DNA of 64,000 nt from an uncultured Trueperaceae bacterium (lineage in GTDB: Bacteria; Deinococcota; Deinococci; Deinococcales; Trueperaceae), in NCBI GenBank assembly GCA_963815215.1, contig CAWFFU010000012.1, positions 1 to 64,000 on the forward strand, given 5' to 3'. Made by a program: the position numbers and the translations under genes. Shown here in pieces: positions 49,857 to 61,273 of the stretch (positions are counted from its first letter, which is position 1; each line of letters opens with the position of its first letter). The notes below the pieces were generated by a model. That model was not told the origin of the DNA. It ran no database searches and worked only from the letters and a program-made list of their open reading frames with translations.

Positions 49857-51294
49857 CGGCGGCCGGTAGCCCCAGCCGCTCGCGCAGCAGCCGGCGGACA
49901 GCGTCGGGCCGGGCCGCGCCGCGGCTCTCCTTCATCACCCGCCCCAGCAGCGCATTGATCGCCTTGGGGTGCTCGCGTGCGCTGGCGACCACCTCCGGAT
50001 GGGCGTCCATGACGCGCTCCACCAGCTCGGCCAGGGCCCGCTCGTCGGTGATCTGCGTCAGGCCCCGGCGCGCGACCACGGTATCGGGGTCCTCGCCGTC
50101 GAGCACGTCGGGGAGGATCTCCTTGGCGATCTTGCCGGAGATGGCGCCCTCGTCGATCCGGCCCACCATCGCTGCCAACGCGTCGGGGCGGAGCGCCACC
50201 TCTGAGAGCGTTCGCCCGCGCTCGTTCAGCAGCCCCGCCACGTCGCCGATGAGCCAGTTGGCGATACGTTGGCACGCCCCCTGCGTGGTCCCCCGGTAGG
50301 CGCCGGTCGCGGCGTCGAAGAAGGCGGCGGTGGCCACGTCGAAGGCGATGAGCTCGGCGTCCTCGGCGCGCAGGCCGAGCGCGAGGTAGCGTTCGCGCTT
50401 GGCCTGCGGCAGCTCCGGCATGGCCGCCCGGATGGCGTCGAGCCAGGCCTCCTCGAGAACCAGGGGAGGCAGGTCGGGCTCGGGCATGTAGCGGTAGTCG
50501 GCCGAGGCTTCCTTGCTCCTCAGCAGGTACGTCTTCTGGCCGCCCTCGTTCCAGCCGCGTGTCTCCTGGGTCACGGCGCGCCCCTCCTCGAGCAGCCGCG
50601 CCTGGCGCCGGATCTCGAACTCCAGCGCGGAGGCCACGCTCTTGAAGGAGTTGAGGTTCTTGACCTCGACCTTGGTCCCCAGGCTGCCGTCGGGCGCACG
50701 CAGCGACACGTTGACGTCGGCGCGCATCTTGCCCTGCTCCGGGCTGGCGTCGGAGACGCCGAGCGCGCGGGCCACGGCCTGCACGTGGGTCAGGAAGGCG
50801 CGGGCTTCCTCGGGCGTGCGCAGGTCGGGCTCGGTCACCATCTCGATCAGCGGAGCCCCGGCCCGGTTGAGGTCGACCAGGCTGTATTCGGCGTAGGCGG
50901 GATGGACCAGGCGCCCGGCGTCCTCCTCGACGTGGCAACGGGTGATGCCGATGCGTCGGCCGCCCTCCAACTCCACCCAGCCGTGCTCGCCGACGGGCCG
51001 GTCGAACTGGCTGATCTGGTAGTTCTTGGGGGCGTCCGGGTAGAAGTAGTGCTTGCGATGGAACTGCGTGATCTCGGGGATCTGGCAGTTCAGCGCCAGG
51101 CTGAAGCGTACCGCCTTCTCGATGGCCGTCTCGTTGGTGACCGGGAGACTGCCGGGCAGGCCCAGGCACACCGGGCAGGTGTTGACGTTGGGCTCCAGCC
51201 CGAAGCTCTCGGCCGAGCAGCCGCAGAACATCTTGCTCCTCGTGCGGAGGGCGAGGTGGATCTCCAGGCCGATGACGGGCACGGGCGCGGGCAC
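49852..51294 (-). CDS. gatB: Asp-tRNA(Asn)/Glu-tRNA(Gln) amidotransferase subunit B
   Basis: IGLEIH, YFYPD.PKNYQISQ, EEDAG, DLNRAG.PL.E.VTEP, EVKNLNS, DYRY.PEPDL. Confidence 0.96.
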   Translation of the reverse strand: MPAPVPVIGLEIHLALRTRSKMFCGCSAESFGLEPNVNTCPVCLGLPGSLPVTNETAIEKAVRFSLALNCQIPEITQFHRKHYFYPDAPKNYQISQFDRPVGEHGWVELEGGRRIGITRCHVEEDAGRLVHPAYAEYSLVDLNRAGAPLIEMVTEPDLRTPEEARAFLTHVQAVARALGVSDASPEQGKMRADVNVSLRAPDGSLGTKVEVKNLNSFKSVASALEFEIRRQARLLEEGRAVTQETRGWNEGGQKTYLLRSKEASADYRYMPEPDLPPLVLEEAWLDAIRAAMPELPQAKRERYLALGLRAEDAELIAFDVATAAFFDAATGAYRGTTQGACQRIANWLIGDVAGLLNERGRTLSEVALRPDALAAMVGRIDEGAISGKIAKEILPDVLDGEDPDTVVARRGLTQITDERALAELVERVMDAHPEVVASAREHPKAINALLGRVMKESRGAARPDAVRRLLRERLGLPAAD

Positions 51295-51365
51295 GGGCGC
51301 AGTCTACCAGGGCCGGCGGGGGCGCCTGAGAATCGAACGCGCCGTGCCCTGCGGTACAATGGCGC

Positions 51366-51797
51366 ATGATCGAGGTCGAGCTCGAGGACATCGCGGTGTC
51401 GGGCGACGAGAACCAGTTCCTCGTACTGCTCCGCCGCAAGGACGGCCACGACCTCCTCCCTATCCAGATCGACGCCATGCAGGCCATCTCCATCGCCAGC
51501 GGCCGCGGCAGTGAGCGCTTCGAGCGGCCGCTCACCCACGACCTGATGGTCTCGGTGTTGGAGATGCTGGGGGCCACGGTCACCCGGGTGGAGATCACGG
51601 ATCTGGTCGAGGGGACGTACTACGCCATGCTGATCCTGGAACGCTCGGGCGTGCGTTTCGAAGTGGACGCCCGGCCCAGCGACGCGCTGGCGCTGTCCGT
51701 CCGGGTGAAGGCCCCCGTCTTCATCGCCGAGCACGTGCTCGATCAGGGCGCGTTGCAGGACGATGACTACGACGGCAACGGCGGCGCCGAGGCGTAG
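51366..51797 (+). CDS. Bifunctional nuclease family (DUF151)
   Basis: LPI.I, RPLTHDL, DARPSDA.AL. Confidence 0.9.
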   Translation: MIEVELEDIAVSGDENQFLVLLRRKDGHDLLPIQIDAMQAISIASGRGSERFERPLTHDLMVSVLEMLGATVTRVEITDLVEGTYYAMLILERSGVRFEVDARPSDALALSVRVKAPVFIAEHVLDQGALQDDDYDGNGGAEA

Positions 51798-51873
51798 GCC
51801 CCACCGTCGCCGCGATCGAACGGCCAACGCCGAAGGGGTCGAGGTGGATCGCCGTTCCCGGCGTCAGCGTGGC

Positions 51874-53061
51874 TCAGGCCTCGGGCAGCGTCGCGAGCGC
51901 CGCCCGCAACGCGTCGTCGACCGCCTCCACGCGGGGGCCGGCGCCCTGCACGCGCTCCGGGCGTCCGCCCCCGCGCCCGCCGAGCTCGGCCAGGGCGGCC
52001 TGGAGCGCCGGACGTAGGTCCAGCTCCACGCCGGGTCCTCGGACGAACGCCAGGCGCGCGCGCTCGCCGGCACGGGAGGCCAGCAGCGCGACGATGTCCT
52101 CGCGCTGGGCCAGCGCGTCGAGCGCGGGCTCGAGCAGCGCATCCTCGACCTCGGCGCGCACCACCCGGATCCCGCCACGGCGCTCGGCTCGCTCGACCAG
52201 GCGCGCGGCCAGGTCGTCGGCGCGCGCCTCGCGCGTCGACGCCAGCTCCGCGCGGGCCTCGGCGAGCTCCTGCCGGAGCCGCGCGATGCGCGTCGGCAAC
52301 TCGTCGACCGGGGTGCTGAAGCGCTGCACCAGATCGCTCGCCAGCGCGTGCTTGACGCCGGAGTCCTCGAACGCTTCCCAGCCTGCCCGGAAGGTGACGC
52401 GGCGCAGGCCGCCGCGCACGCGCTCGGAGCCCAGCAGCTTGATGGGCAGGGCCTCGGCGGTGGTGGCCAGGTGGGTTCCGCCGCAGGCGGCGATCTCCAC
52501 GTCGCCCATGGCGACGAGCCGGATGCGGCCGTGCACCTTGGGAGGGCGCCGCAGCGGGTAGTCGGCGAGCTCATCCTCGTCGACCTCGAAGCTCACGATC
52601 GGCTGGTTGGCGTAGCCGAAGGTGTTGGCGAGCCCCTCGGCGCTCAACAGGTCGTCGTCGGCGGGGTCGCCGGCCAGGTCGAGGGTGCACTCCGGCCCTC
52701 GCAGGCTCACGCTGCGCGTCTCGAAGGCGCGTGAGACCCGCACGAAGGCCTGGGACAGCAGGTGCTGCGCGCTGTGGCGCTGCATGTGGCGGTAGCGGCG
52801 CTCCCAGTCGAGGACGCCCTCGACCTCCTCACCGGGTCGCGGCGCGGGGCCTTCGAGCCGGTGCCAGACTTCGTGGCCCCGCTTCGTCACGTCGACGACG
52901 GGCACGCCGCCGAGCCGGCCGGTGTCGTGGGGCTGGCCGCCGGAGGTGGGGTAGAAGGCGCTCGTCTCGAGCGTGACCCAGGCGCCGGCGCCCACGTCCT
53001 CCACCTCGCGCACGCGGCTGCGGAAGCGGCGCAGGTAGCTGTCGCGTTGCTCGAGGCGCAT
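51874..53061 (-). CDS. Alanyl-tRNA editing protein (AlaX-L, with DHHA1)
   Basis: FYPTSGGQPHDTG, HSAQH, CGGTH, GGRGGG...QG. Confidence 0.88.
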   Translation of the reverse strand: MRLEQRDSYLRRFRSRVREVEDVGAGAWVTLETSAFYPTSGGQPHDTGRLGGVPVVDVTKRGHEVWHRLEGPAPRPGEEVEGVLDWERRYRHMQRHSAQHLLSQAFVRVSRAFETRSVSLRGPECTLDLAGDPADDDLLSAEGLANTFGYANQPIVSFEVDEDELADYPLRRPPKVHGRIRLVAMGDVEIAACGGTHLATTAEALPIKLLGSERVRGGLRRVTFRAGWEAFEDSGVKHALASDLVQRFSTPVDELPTRIARLRQELAEARAELASTREARADDLAARLVERAERRGGIRVVRAEVEDALLEPALDALAQREDIVALLASRAGERARLAFVRGPGVELDLRPALQAALAELGGRGGGRPERVQGAGPRVEAVDDALRAALATLPEA

Positions 53062-53377
53062 TCGAGAAGTGTAGCTCGAGCCCCGGCGGCAGCTCTCGCC
53101 CGAACCGTCGGTTGCGATACGGTCACGCATCCGAGCCCGCTCCTAGGATTGCCGCAGGCGGCGTGGCCGCGGCCCGTGTCGGGACACGGCCACGCTCCGG
53201 AAGGAAGAGGCCATGGGTCGGTCGTCCGAACCGAAGGTCGCGGCGGCGCGGGAGCCCGCCTCCGCTGCGGCTACAATGGAAGCTGCGCTCCAACCTGCGG
53301 CGCCCGAGCGGGCCGCCATCGAGCGGGCCGCTGCCGGGCCGGACGAACGCCAGCCGGTCGCAGCCACGGAGGTCAAC

Positions 53378-53983
53378 GTGCGGAGCTCCTCCCACCTCAT
53401 CGATCCCGCCGAGCCCGAGTTCGACGAGGTCGGCGAGACCCAGCTCGACCACCTCGTCGCCGAGTTGCTCACCTCGCTCGGGGAGGACGTCACCCGTGAG
53501 GGGATGCTCCGCACCCCGCAGCGCGTCGAGCGCTCGCTGCGCTTCCTGATGAGCGGTTACGAGGCGTCGGTGGATCGGGTCATCAACGACGCGCTGTTCC
53601 GCGCCGAGGCCTCCGACATGGTGGTGGTGAAGGACATCGAGTTCTACTCGTTGTGCGAGCACCACATGCTGCCGTTCTTCGGCAAGGCGCACATCGCCTA
53701 CATCCCAGCCAAGAGCATCCTGGGCCTGAGCAAGTTCGCTCGCGTGGTCGACGTCTTCGCGCGGCGCATGCAGGTGCAGGAGCGCATGACCTCGCAGATC
53801 GCCGACGCCCTGGTGGAGGTGCTCGAGCCCGAGGGCCTGGCGGTGGTCACCGAGGCCAGCCACCTGTGCATGATGATGCGCGGGGTCGAGAAGCAGGGTT
53901 CCACTACCCGCATCGCCAGCATGCGCGGCGTGTTCAAGACCGACGCGCGCACCCGCCAGGAGTTCCTCGACGCCATCGGCTGA
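53378..53983 (+). CDS. folE: GTP cyclohydrolase I (start placed at the GTG after GGAGG; ORF open from 53213)
   Basis: [32 protein letters not shown]. Confidence 0.95.
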   Translation: MRSSSHLIDPAEPEFDEVGETQLDHLVAELLTSLGEDVTREGMLRTPQRVERSLRFLMSGYEASVDRVINDALFRAEASDMVVVKDIEFYSLCEHHMLPFFGKAHIAYIPAKSILGLSKFARVVDVFARRMQVQERMTSQIADALVEVLEPEGLAVVTEASHLCMMMRGVEKQGSTTRIASMRGVFKTDARTRQEFLDAIG

Positions 53984-53998
53984 GGCCCGGGTCGCGCC

Positions 53999-54769
53999 TC
54001 AGAGCACGTGGCTCTCGAGCCAGCTGGCGACGCCGCCCTCTTCGGGAGAGCCGATGTGCTCCGCCGCGGCGGCCACCAGGTCGGGATGGGCGTCGCCCAC
54101 CGCCACGCCATGGCCCGCCCAGGTGACCATGGTGAAGTCGTTCATGCCGTCGCCGAAGGCGACCACGTCGCTCCGCTCGACGCCCGCGCGCTCGGCGATG
54201 AGGGCGAGCGCCGAGCCCTTGTCCGCGTGGGCGGGGAGGACCTCGAGGAAGCCGTCGCCCCACAGGTAGCGCAACATGTCCGGGTGGCGCGTCGCCACCT
54301 CGCGATCGACCTCGCCGCTGCGTTCCTTCGAGTAGAACACCAGCTTGTCGGCGTTGAGCTCCATGCCGGTCCGGAAGCGGTCGACGCGGCGACTGCGGGT
54401 GTGGGCCCAGCCCCAGCGGTCGTCGTCGGGGTCCCGCACCCAGAGCACGTCGTCGACGATGCAGCTGAACTCGACCATGTCGTCGGTGAGATAGCCGCCG
54501 AGCAGACCGTCGACGTGTTCGCTCGCGATGCGGCGCCGCCGCAACTCACGGCCGCCTTCGCCCATCACGTGGCCGCCGTGGTTGACGCTGAAGGGGCCGG
54601 TGATGCCCAGCTGATCGAGGTAGGGCTTGGCGGCGGCGAGGGGACGGCCGGTCAGCACCGTTACCAGGTGGCCGCGCTCGCGACTGCCGCGCACCGCCCG
54701 TTCGATCGTATCGGGCAGGATGAAGTCGTCGGTGACGAGGGTCTTGTCGAGGTCGAAGGCGAGCAGCAC
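53999..54769 (-). CDS. Cof-type HAD-IIB hydrolase
   Basis: DLDKTL, TGR, DKG.AL, AFGDG.ND..M. Confidence 0.9.
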   Translation of the reverse strand: MLLAFDLDKTLVTDDFILPDTIERAVRGSRERGHLVTVLTGRPLAAAKPYLDQLGITGPFSVNHGGHVMGEGGRELRRRRIASEHVDGLLGGYLTDDMVEFSCIVDDVLWVRDPDDDRWGWAHTRSRRVDRFRTGMELNADKLVFYSKERSGEVDREVATRHPDMLRYLWGDGFLEVLPAHADKGSALALIAERAGVERSDVVAFGDGMNDFTMVTWAGHGVAVGDAHPDLVAAAAEHIGSPEEGGVASWLESHVL

Positions 54770-54812
54770 GATGTGAGCTTACCTCACCATCCGGCGGGCC
54801 CGCGTCGCCGGC

Positions 54813-56072
54813 TCAAGGTGCCTGTGGCGCCTGCCAGGGCGAGGCGTCCAACAGGAAACTCTGCAGCTCGCCGTTGTCCTCTCCGGCGTAGAGCGCGAGC
54901 TTCGCGCCGCGCCAGCGCGCCGCCAGGTTGCTGCTGAGCGGAGCGTCGAGCTTCAGCATCGCGACGGCCGTGCACCCGGCATCGTCGCACGCCACCAGAC
55001 GCACGTTCCGCAGGTCGAGTGTGGGCAGGGCGAGCACGTCGACCTTGGCGCCGGCGGGCGGGGGGAGGAGCAGCGCCAGGTCCAGGTTGCGTGAGCCGAT
55101 CTGGTGGTTGGTCACGTCGAGCGCGAAGCGCGACGTCTGCAAGTGCGCGCCCGCCTTCCGGAGGCGCTCCAGCGGTCCGCCGAGGTGGGGCGTCCGAACG
55201 GCGTAGGCGTGGTCGCCCGTGGCGGCGAAGAGGTTCAGCCAGCGTTCGCCCGCACCGATCGGCGGGGCGCTCGCCACCGGAACCAGCGCGTCCCCCCGCA
55301 GGGCGATCGCCTCCACCCCCGCACCCTCATCGGGCGTCGAGCGCGTGATCAACATGCCGTATGCGCCCGCGGCCGCGAACGGTTGGACGCGGCGCTGCTC
55401 GATGACGGCGGGAGCCGCCACCGTCAACGTCGCGATGGGGGAGAGGTCGTCCCGGCGCAACAACGTCACCGCGGCCGCCTCGATCTCGTCGCCGAGCACG
55501 CCGTGGCGATAGCGCTGGGTAGGGTGCGAGAGCACGGCCACACCGTCTCCCAGCGGGATCGGATCGCCATCGGGGAGGGCATCCAGCGTGTGGCTGGCGA
55601 TCGTCTTCAGGTCGGGGGAGAGCAACAGCACGGAGCGCGCGTCGGAGCTGAGCGCCACCACGCGGCCGCCGGGCAGGCAGGCCGGACGGCTGTGGGGGCT
55701 GACGGCGGGCCCCACCTCTGGCGGCGCCGCACCGAAGGCGCGCAGCCGGCCGTCGCCGTCGACGCCCAGGATCCGCCCGCCACACCACAGCAGGCTGTCG
55801 CCGCGCCCCGAACGGCCGACCACCGTGACGGCGCCGTCCGCGGCGTACCGCCGGACCTCGCCGTCTCCCTGCAAGGTGGCCGCGCCCTGCGCCGTCGGGG
55901 TCACCCAGAGAACGGCCGCGGCGTGGGCGCGCGGGCCGAACACGGCACCGAGCGCGCCGACGAGGAGCAGCGCGCTCATCAACACGCCCGCGGCTCGACC
56001 CGTTCGCGCGCGCCGGCGAGGGGACGCGTCGAGGTCGCCCGGAAGCGTCGGCGGAAGTCGTGTCGTGCGCAT
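54813..56072 (-). CDS. Exported beta-rich hypothetical protein (FG-GAP/VCBS-associated motif)
   Basis: Signal peptide; PT.RY.HGVLGD..EA and IG...RWL, R.PH.GG motifs. Confidence 0.55.
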   Translation of the reverse strand: MRTTRLPPTLPGDLDASPRRRARTGRAAGVLMSALLLVGALGAVFGPRAHAAAVLWVTPTAQGAATLQGDGEVRRYAADGAVTVVGRSGRGDSLLWCGGRILGVDGDGRLRAFGAAPPEVGPAVSPHSRPACLPGGRVVALSSDARSVLLLSPDLKTIASHTLDALPDGDPIPLGDGVAVLSHPTQRYRHGVLGDEIEAAAVTLLRRDDLSPIATLTVAAPAVIEQRRVQPFAAAGAYGMLITRSTPDEGAGVEAIALRGDALVPVASAPPIGAGERWLNLFAATGDHAYAVRTPHLGGPLERLRKAGAHLQTSRFALDVTNHQIGSRNLDLALLLPPPAGAKVDVLALPTLDLRNVRLVACDDAGCTAVAMLKLDAPLSSNLAARWRGAKLALYAGEDNGELQSFLLDASPWQAPQAP

Positions 56073-56256
56073 CCTCTCGACGGTAGCAGGCGGCCGTGGC
56101 GGCGACCGCCTCGCGGCGAACCCGAGCGGGGCTGCTGGGGCGGTGCGGGATTCCAGTGTCGGGAACGGGAGGAATCGCGGGTGGGGTCGGCTGCGAGCGG
56201 TGATACAATCCCGTGGACATGGTTGTGAGCGTCCGCTCGGCCCCGGGAGGTTATTC

Positions 56257-56619
56257 ATGTATCGAGGAAGAGAGGGTCAGTGGGCCTTCGTGCTCCACCG
56301 GATCACCGGTGTAGCCCTGGCGCTGTACCTGCTTCTGCACGTCTTCGATGTCGGCTTGGTGATGTACGGTCCCAAGGGTCCGTTCAACGTGTTCCTGGCG
56401 TTCTATCACCAGTGGCCGTTCCGCATCGGCCTGATCCTGGTGATGGCGGCGGTGGTGTACCACGGCCTCAACGGGCTGCGCATCATCCTCATCGACTTCA
56501 CCTCGTGGGGCATCCGCTATCAGCGCAGCCTGTGGTACGGGGTGCTGACCTTGACGACGGTGATCGGAATCCCCATCCTGATCAAGGTCGTGCCGGAGAT
56601 CCTGGCAGGGAAAGCCTGA
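56257..56619 (+). CDS. sdhC: Succinate dehydrogenase cytochrome b subunit
   Basis: LHRITG, LH, YHGLNGLRI. Confidence 0.92.
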   Translation: MYRGREGQWAFVLHRITGVALALYLLLHVFDVGLVMYGPKGPFNVFLAFYHQWPFRIGLILVMAAVVYHGLNGLRIILIDFTSWGIRYQRSLWYGVLTLTTVIGIPILIKVVPEILAGKA

Positions 56620-57047
56620 TGGCGGCCCGGCCCAAGACCCTCCAGCAAGCGCGCGCCACGTACAACACCAACCGTGAGCTGGCGTGGTGGGTGTTCATGC
56701 GGATCAGCGGGTTCCTGTTGATCTTCCTGGTGTTCGCGCACCTGTTCTTCAACAACATCCAGATCAACGTCGCGACCGTCGATTACGCCTACGTGGCACA
56801 ACGGCTGTCCAAGGCATGGGTGAAGGTCTACGAGTCCTTCCTGCTGGGGCTCGCCATGTTGCACGGCACCAACGGCTTGCGCTACAGCATCGAGGACTAC
56901 TTCAAGCGTCCATCCACCCGGTTCTGGCTCAAGGCCGTGGTGTTCACCGTGGCGGGCGCGCTGTTCGTGATCGGCGTGATGGCGCTGTGGGCCTTCAGCT
57001 ACCAGCAGATGGGCGACGCCATCAGCGCTGCGGGTCACGGCGGCTAG
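56619..57047 (+). CDS. sdhD: Succinate dehydrogenase membrane anchor
   Basis: FMRISG, H, HG.NGLR..IEDY. Confidence 0.9.
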   Translation: MAARPKTLQQARATYNTNRELAWWVFMRISGFLLIFLVFAHLFFNNIQINVATVDYAYVAQRLSKAWVKVYESFLLGLAMLHGTNGLRYSIEDYFKRPSTRFWLKAVVFTVAGALFVIGVMALWAFSYQQMGDAISAAGHGG

Positions 57048-57064
57048 GAGGGCTGCACAACGGC

Positions 57065-58804
57065 ATGAAACGAGCTCATAGGTACGACGTGATCGTCGTG
57101 GGCGCCGGCGGAGCCGGGCTCATGGCGGCGCGCTACGCCGCCCAGAACCCCAACGTCTCCGTGGCGGTCATCTCCAAGCTGTATCCGACGCGGTCCCACA
57201 CCGGAGCGGCGCAGGGCGGCGTGGGCGCCGCGCTGGGCAACATCAGCGACGACAGCCCCGAGTGGCACGCCTACGACACGGTCAAGGGCGGGGATTACCT
57301 CACCGACCAGGACGTGGCAACGACCTTCGCCGAGGAAGTCATCGAGTCCGTCTACGAGATGGAGCACATGGGGCTGCCGTTCAGCCGCACGCCCGAGGGC
57401 AAGATCGCCCAGCGCAAGTTCGGCGGGCACACCCGGGAGCACGGTAAGTCGGCGGTCGAGCGCGCCTGCTACGCCGCCGACCGTACCGGCCACATGATCC
57501 TGCAGACGCTCTACCAGCAGTCGATCAAGGACAACGTCACCTTCTTCAACGAGTTCCACGTGCTGGACGTCCTGCTGGAGGACGGCGAGGCGCGCGGGGT
57601 GGTGGCCTACGAGCTGGCGACCGGCGAGTTGCACACCTTCCATGCGAAGTCCACGGTGATCGCCACGGGCGGCTTCGGGCGCATGTTCCAGGTGACCTCC
57701 AACGCCCATGCCCTCACCGGCGACCTGACCAGCATCGTCTACCGCCGCGGCATCCCCATCGAGGACCCCGAGTTCTTCCAGTTCCACCCCACCGGCCTGT
57801 ACCGCATCGGCGTGCTCCTCACCGAGGGCGCGCGCGGCGAGGGCGGGATCCTGCGCAACAGTGAAGGCGAGCGCTTCATGGAGCGCTACGCCCCCACCAT
57901 CAAGGACCTGGCGCCGCGCGACATGGTGAGCCGCGCGATGTACCTGGAGGTACGCGAGGGTCGTGGCATGGGTCCCGACAAGGACCACCTCGTGCTCGAC
58001 CTGACGCACATCGACGCGCACATCATCGAGGAGCGGCTCCCCGACATCACGGAGTTCGCGCGCATCTACCTGGGCGTCGATCCCATCAAGGAGCCGGTGC
58101 CGGTCAACCCCACGGCGCACTACGCCATGGGCGGCATCCCCACGACCATCGACACCAACGTGATCATCGACGGCGCCAACACCATCGTGCCCGGCCTCTA
58201 CGCTGCCGGCGAGGTGGCCTGTGCCAGCCTGCACGGCGCCAATCGCCTGGGCACCAACTCGCTGGGCGACCTGCTGGTGTTCGGCCGGCGGGCGGGCATC
58301 AACGCCGCGGCGTACGCGGCCTCCAACGGCTTCTCGGACCTCCCCAAGGATCCCGAGGAGCGTGCGCGGGCGCAGCTCGATACGGCGCGCGCCGGGTCCG
58401 GCAAGGAGAAGGCCGGCCTGCTGCGCAAGGAGTTGCAACGCAGCATGATGGAACAGGCATCGGTGTTCCGCACCGCCGAGTCGCTGCAGGCGCAGGTCGA
58501 CAAGGTCGCGGAGCTCAAGCAGCGCTACCGTGAGGTCGGCGTCGAGGATACCGGCAAGCAGTTCAACACCGAGCTGATGGAGGTGCTGGAGCTCGGCTTC
58601 CTGCTCGACAACGCCGAACAGCTCACCAACGCGGCCCTGAACCGCACCGAGTCGCGCGGCGCCCACTCGCGTGAGGACTTCAAGGAGCGCGACGACGAGA
58701 ACTGGCTCAAGCACACGCTGGTCTACAAGGACGGCGACGGCGTGCGCATCGACTACAAGCCCGTGACGCTCGGCATCTACGAGCCGAAGCCCAGGGTGTA
58801 CTAG
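57065..58804 (+). CDS. sdhA: Succinate dehydrogenase flavoprotein
   Basis: [45 protein letters not shown]. Confidence 0.97.
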   Translation: MKRAHRYDVIVVGAGGAGLMAARYAAQNPNVSVAVISKLYPTRSHTGAAQGGVGAALGNISDDSPEWHAYDTVKGGDYLTDQDVATTFAEEVIESVYEMEHMGLPFSRTPEGKIAQRKFGGHTREHGKSAVERACYAADRTGHMILQTLYQQSIKDNVTFFNEFHVLDVLLEDGEARGVVAYELATGELHTFHAKSTVIATGGFGRMFQVTSNAHALTGDLTSIVYRRGIPIEDPEFFQFHPTGLYRIGVLLTEGARGEGGILRNSEGERFMERYAPTIKDLAPRDMVSRAMYLEVREGRGMGPDKDHLVLDLTHIDAHIIEERLPDITEFARIYLGVDPIKEPVPVNPTAHYAMGGIPTTIDTNVIIDGANTIVPGLYAAGEVACASLHGANRLGTNSLGDLLVFGRRAGINAAAYAASNGFSDLPKDPEERARAQLDTARAGSGKEKAGLLRKELQRSMMEQASVFRTAESLQAQVDKVAELKQRYREVGVEDTGKQFNTELMEVLELGFLLDNAEQLTNAALNRTESRGAHSREDFKERDDENWLKHTLVYKDGDGVRIDYKPVTLGIYEPKPRVY

Positions 58805-58815
58805 GGGGCGCATGC

Positions 58816-59514
58816 ATGGACGTCACGTTCCGAATCAAACGCTTCGATCCCGAGAAGGACACCCGTCCCCACTGGCAGGAGTTCAAGATCCAGGCGGGGC
58901 CCATGGACCGCGTGCTCGACGTGCTCAACGAGCTCAAGTGGGGCCAGGACGGCAGCATCAGCTACCGCCGCAGCTGTGCGCACGGCATCTGCGGCTCCGA
59001 CGCCATGGTGATCAACGGCGTGAACCGGCTGGCCTGCAAGGTGCTGGTGAAGGATCTCGGCGCCGAGATCGTGGTCGAGCCGCTGCGCGGCCTGCCCGTG
59101 CTCAAGGACCTGATCGTCGACATGGAGCCCTTCTTCGATGCCTACAAGGCGGTGCTCCCCTACTTCATCAACGACGATCCCGCCCCCGTCGCCGAGCGCT
59201 ACCAGAGCGTGGAGGACCGCGAGCGCTTCGACGCCACCACCAAGTGCATCCTATGCGCGGCCTGCACCACGAGCTGCCCGGTGTTCTGGACCAACGGGCG
59301 CTACCTGGGGCCGGCGGCCATCGTCAACGCCCACCGCTTCATCTTCGACTCGCGCGACCAGGGCGCCGAACAGCGGCTGCAGACGCTCAATCAGGCGAAC
59401 GGCCTGTGGCGCTGCCGGACCGCCTACAACTGCACCGAGGCGTGTCCGCGCGGGATCCCGATCACGCAGGCCATCGAAGAGGTCAAGCGCGAGGTGTTGT
59501 GGCGGCGCAACTGA
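58816..59514 (+). CDS. sdhB: Succinate dehydrogenase iron-sulfur subunit
   Basis: SCAHGICGSD, CILCAACTTSCP, CRTAYNCTEACP. Confidence 0.96.
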   Translation: MDVTFRIKRFDPEKDTRPHWQEFKIQAGPMDRVLDVLNELKWGQDGSISYRRSCAHGICGSDAMVINGVNRLACKVLVKDLGAEIVVEPLRGLPVLKDLIVDMEPFFDAYKAVLPYFINDDPAPVAERYQSVEDRERFDATTKCILCAACTTSCPVFWTNGRYLGPAAIVNAHRFIFDSRDQGAEQRLQTLNQANGLWRCRTAYNCTEACPRGIPITQAIEEVKREVLWRRN

Positions 59515-59606
59515 CGCCGCGCCGCGCCACCGACCACGCGGCCTGAGGGCCTGTCGGTAGGTCGATCGCGTAACGCCGTCGGCCGGCGGCACGGGAGGCT
59601 TGGTTC

Positions 59607-60530
59607 ATGAGCCTGGTGCTCGTCATCCTCGGCGTCGTGCTCCTCTACTCCGGGGGCGAGGTCCTGGTGCGCTCCGCCAGCGCCTTGGCGTCGCGGCTGG
59701 GCGTGCGGCCCATGGTCATCGGGCTGACGGTGGTGGCGTTCGGGACCAGCGCTCCGGAGCTGGCGGCCAGCCTGACCGCGGCCCTCTCGGGCACGCCGGA
59801 GATCGCGATCGGCAACGTGGTGGGCTCGAACATCGCCAACGTGGGGTTGATCCTCGGCCTCACGGCGATGGTGTACCCGCTGGTGACCGGCAGCCGTTTC
59901 GTGCGGCGCGAGGTGCCGCTGATGTTGCTGATCACCGCGCTGCTGGTGCCGGTGCTGTGGGATGGGGCCGTGCTGCGCTGGGAGGGCGGGATCCTGCTGG
60001 CGCTCCTGGCGGGTTTCCTGTGGGTCATCACGCGGACGGGCTCGACCGTGCTGGAGGAGAGCCGGGATGTCCCTGCCCGGAGCATGCCGGCGTGGCTGGG
60101 GTTGCTCGGCACGGCGGCCGGCATCGCGCTGCTGACGTTCGGTGCCCGCGCCCTGGTGGGCGGGGCCGTGCAGATCGCCACCAGCTTCGGCATCTCGCAG
60201 CGCGTGATCGGCCTCACCCTGGTGGCGGTGGGCACCAGCCTTCCCGAGCTCGCCAGCAGCATGGTGGCGGCCATGCGCCGCGAGACGGACATCATCCTCG
60301 GCAATATCGTGGGCTCCAACGTGTTCAACCTGCTGGCCGTGCTCGGCACCACCGCGCTGGTGCAGCCGATCCGCTTCGACGGCGCCGGCGCCACCGTCGA
60401 CATCGCGGTGATGGCGCTGTTCAGCGTGGCGTTGCTGCCGCTCATGTGGCGCGGTGAACGGCTGGGGCGTACGGCCGGGTTCCTCCTGCTGGTCGGCTAC
60501 GCGGTGTACATCTTCACGTTGGTGGCGTGA
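59607..60530 (+). CDS. Calcium/sodium antiporter (YrbG-like)
   Basis: Two alpha repeats GTS(A/L)PEL and GN.VGSN. Confidence 0.92.
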   Translation: MSLVLVILGVVLLYSGGEVLVRSASALASRLGVRPMVIGLTVVAFGTSAPELAASLTAALSGTPEIAIGNVVGSNIANVGLILGLTAMVYPLVTGSRFVRREVPLMLLITALLVPVLWDGAVLRWEGGILLALLAGFLWVITRTGSTVLEESRDVPARSMPAWLGLLGTAAGIALLTFGARALVGGAVQIATSFGISQRVIGLTLVAVGTSLPELASSMVAAMRRETDIILGNIVGSNVFNLLAVLGTTALVQPIRFDGAGATVDIAVMALFSVALLPLMWRGERLGRTAGFLLLVGYAVYIFTLVA

Positions 60531-60563
60531 GCGCGACGGGCCCGTACGCTTCCGGCGCGCGCG

Positions 60564-61265
60564 TCATGTCGGGGCGTCGCTCCGCAGGAAGCGCTCGAAG
60601 TACGCCAGCGTCCGCCGCCAGGCGTCCTCCGAGGCGGCGGGGTCGTAGCTGCGCGGGTTGCTGTCGTTGAAGAACGAGTGGCGGGCGCCGGGGTAGATCT
60701 CGATGTCGTGGTCGATGCCGGCGTCGTCCAGCGCCCGGTCGAGGCGCCGGCCCATGGGGGCCGTGAAATCGCTACCGGGGTAGGAGCCCACCACCGGACA
60801 GAGGCGCTCGACGGCTGTGAAGGGCCGCGGGTTCTGGGCGTAGAACGGCGCGATGGCCTTCAGACGGTCGTCACCGGCTGCCCAGGCGATGGCGAACGAC
60901 CCGCCCATGCAGAAGCCGACCGCGCCGAGGCTCCCGGCCGCGACCTCGGGCCGAGCCGCGAGCCAGTCGAGCGTGCGTCGCAGGTCGCGGATGCCCTGGT
61001 GTTCCAGGGAGTTCAGCAACAGACCGCTCATGAAGCGCGCCATGCACAACGCGCGGTTGCGGCCGGCGAACAGGTCCACGGCCAGCGCCGCGTAGCCTTC
61101 GGCCGCGAAGCGGTCGGCCACCTCGCGGATGGAGTCGTTCAGGCCGAAGATCTCGTGGACGACCACCAGGGCCGGGTGGGGCCCGTCGCCCGCGGGCAGG
61201 GCCAGATGACCCGTCAGCGTCGTACCTTCGCCGGGCAGCGTGACGTCGATGGCGCGAGTCTGCAT
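60564..61265 (-). CDS. Dienelactone hydrolase family
   Basis: HEIFGL, GFCMGG, YPGA.HSF. Confidence 0.92.
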   Translation of the reverse strand: MQTRAIDVTLPGEGTTLTGHLALPAGDGPHPALVVVHEIFGLNDSIREVADRFAAEGYAALAVDLFAGRNRALCMARFMSGLLLNSLEHQGIRDLRRTLDWLAARPEVAAGSLGAVGFCMGGSFAIAWAAGDDRLKAIAPFYAQNPRPFTAVERLCPVVGSYPGSDFTAPMGRRLDRALDDAGIDHDIEIYPGARHSFFNDSNPRSYDPAASEDAWRRTLAYFERFLRSDAPT

Positions 61266-61273
61266 ACCGATCC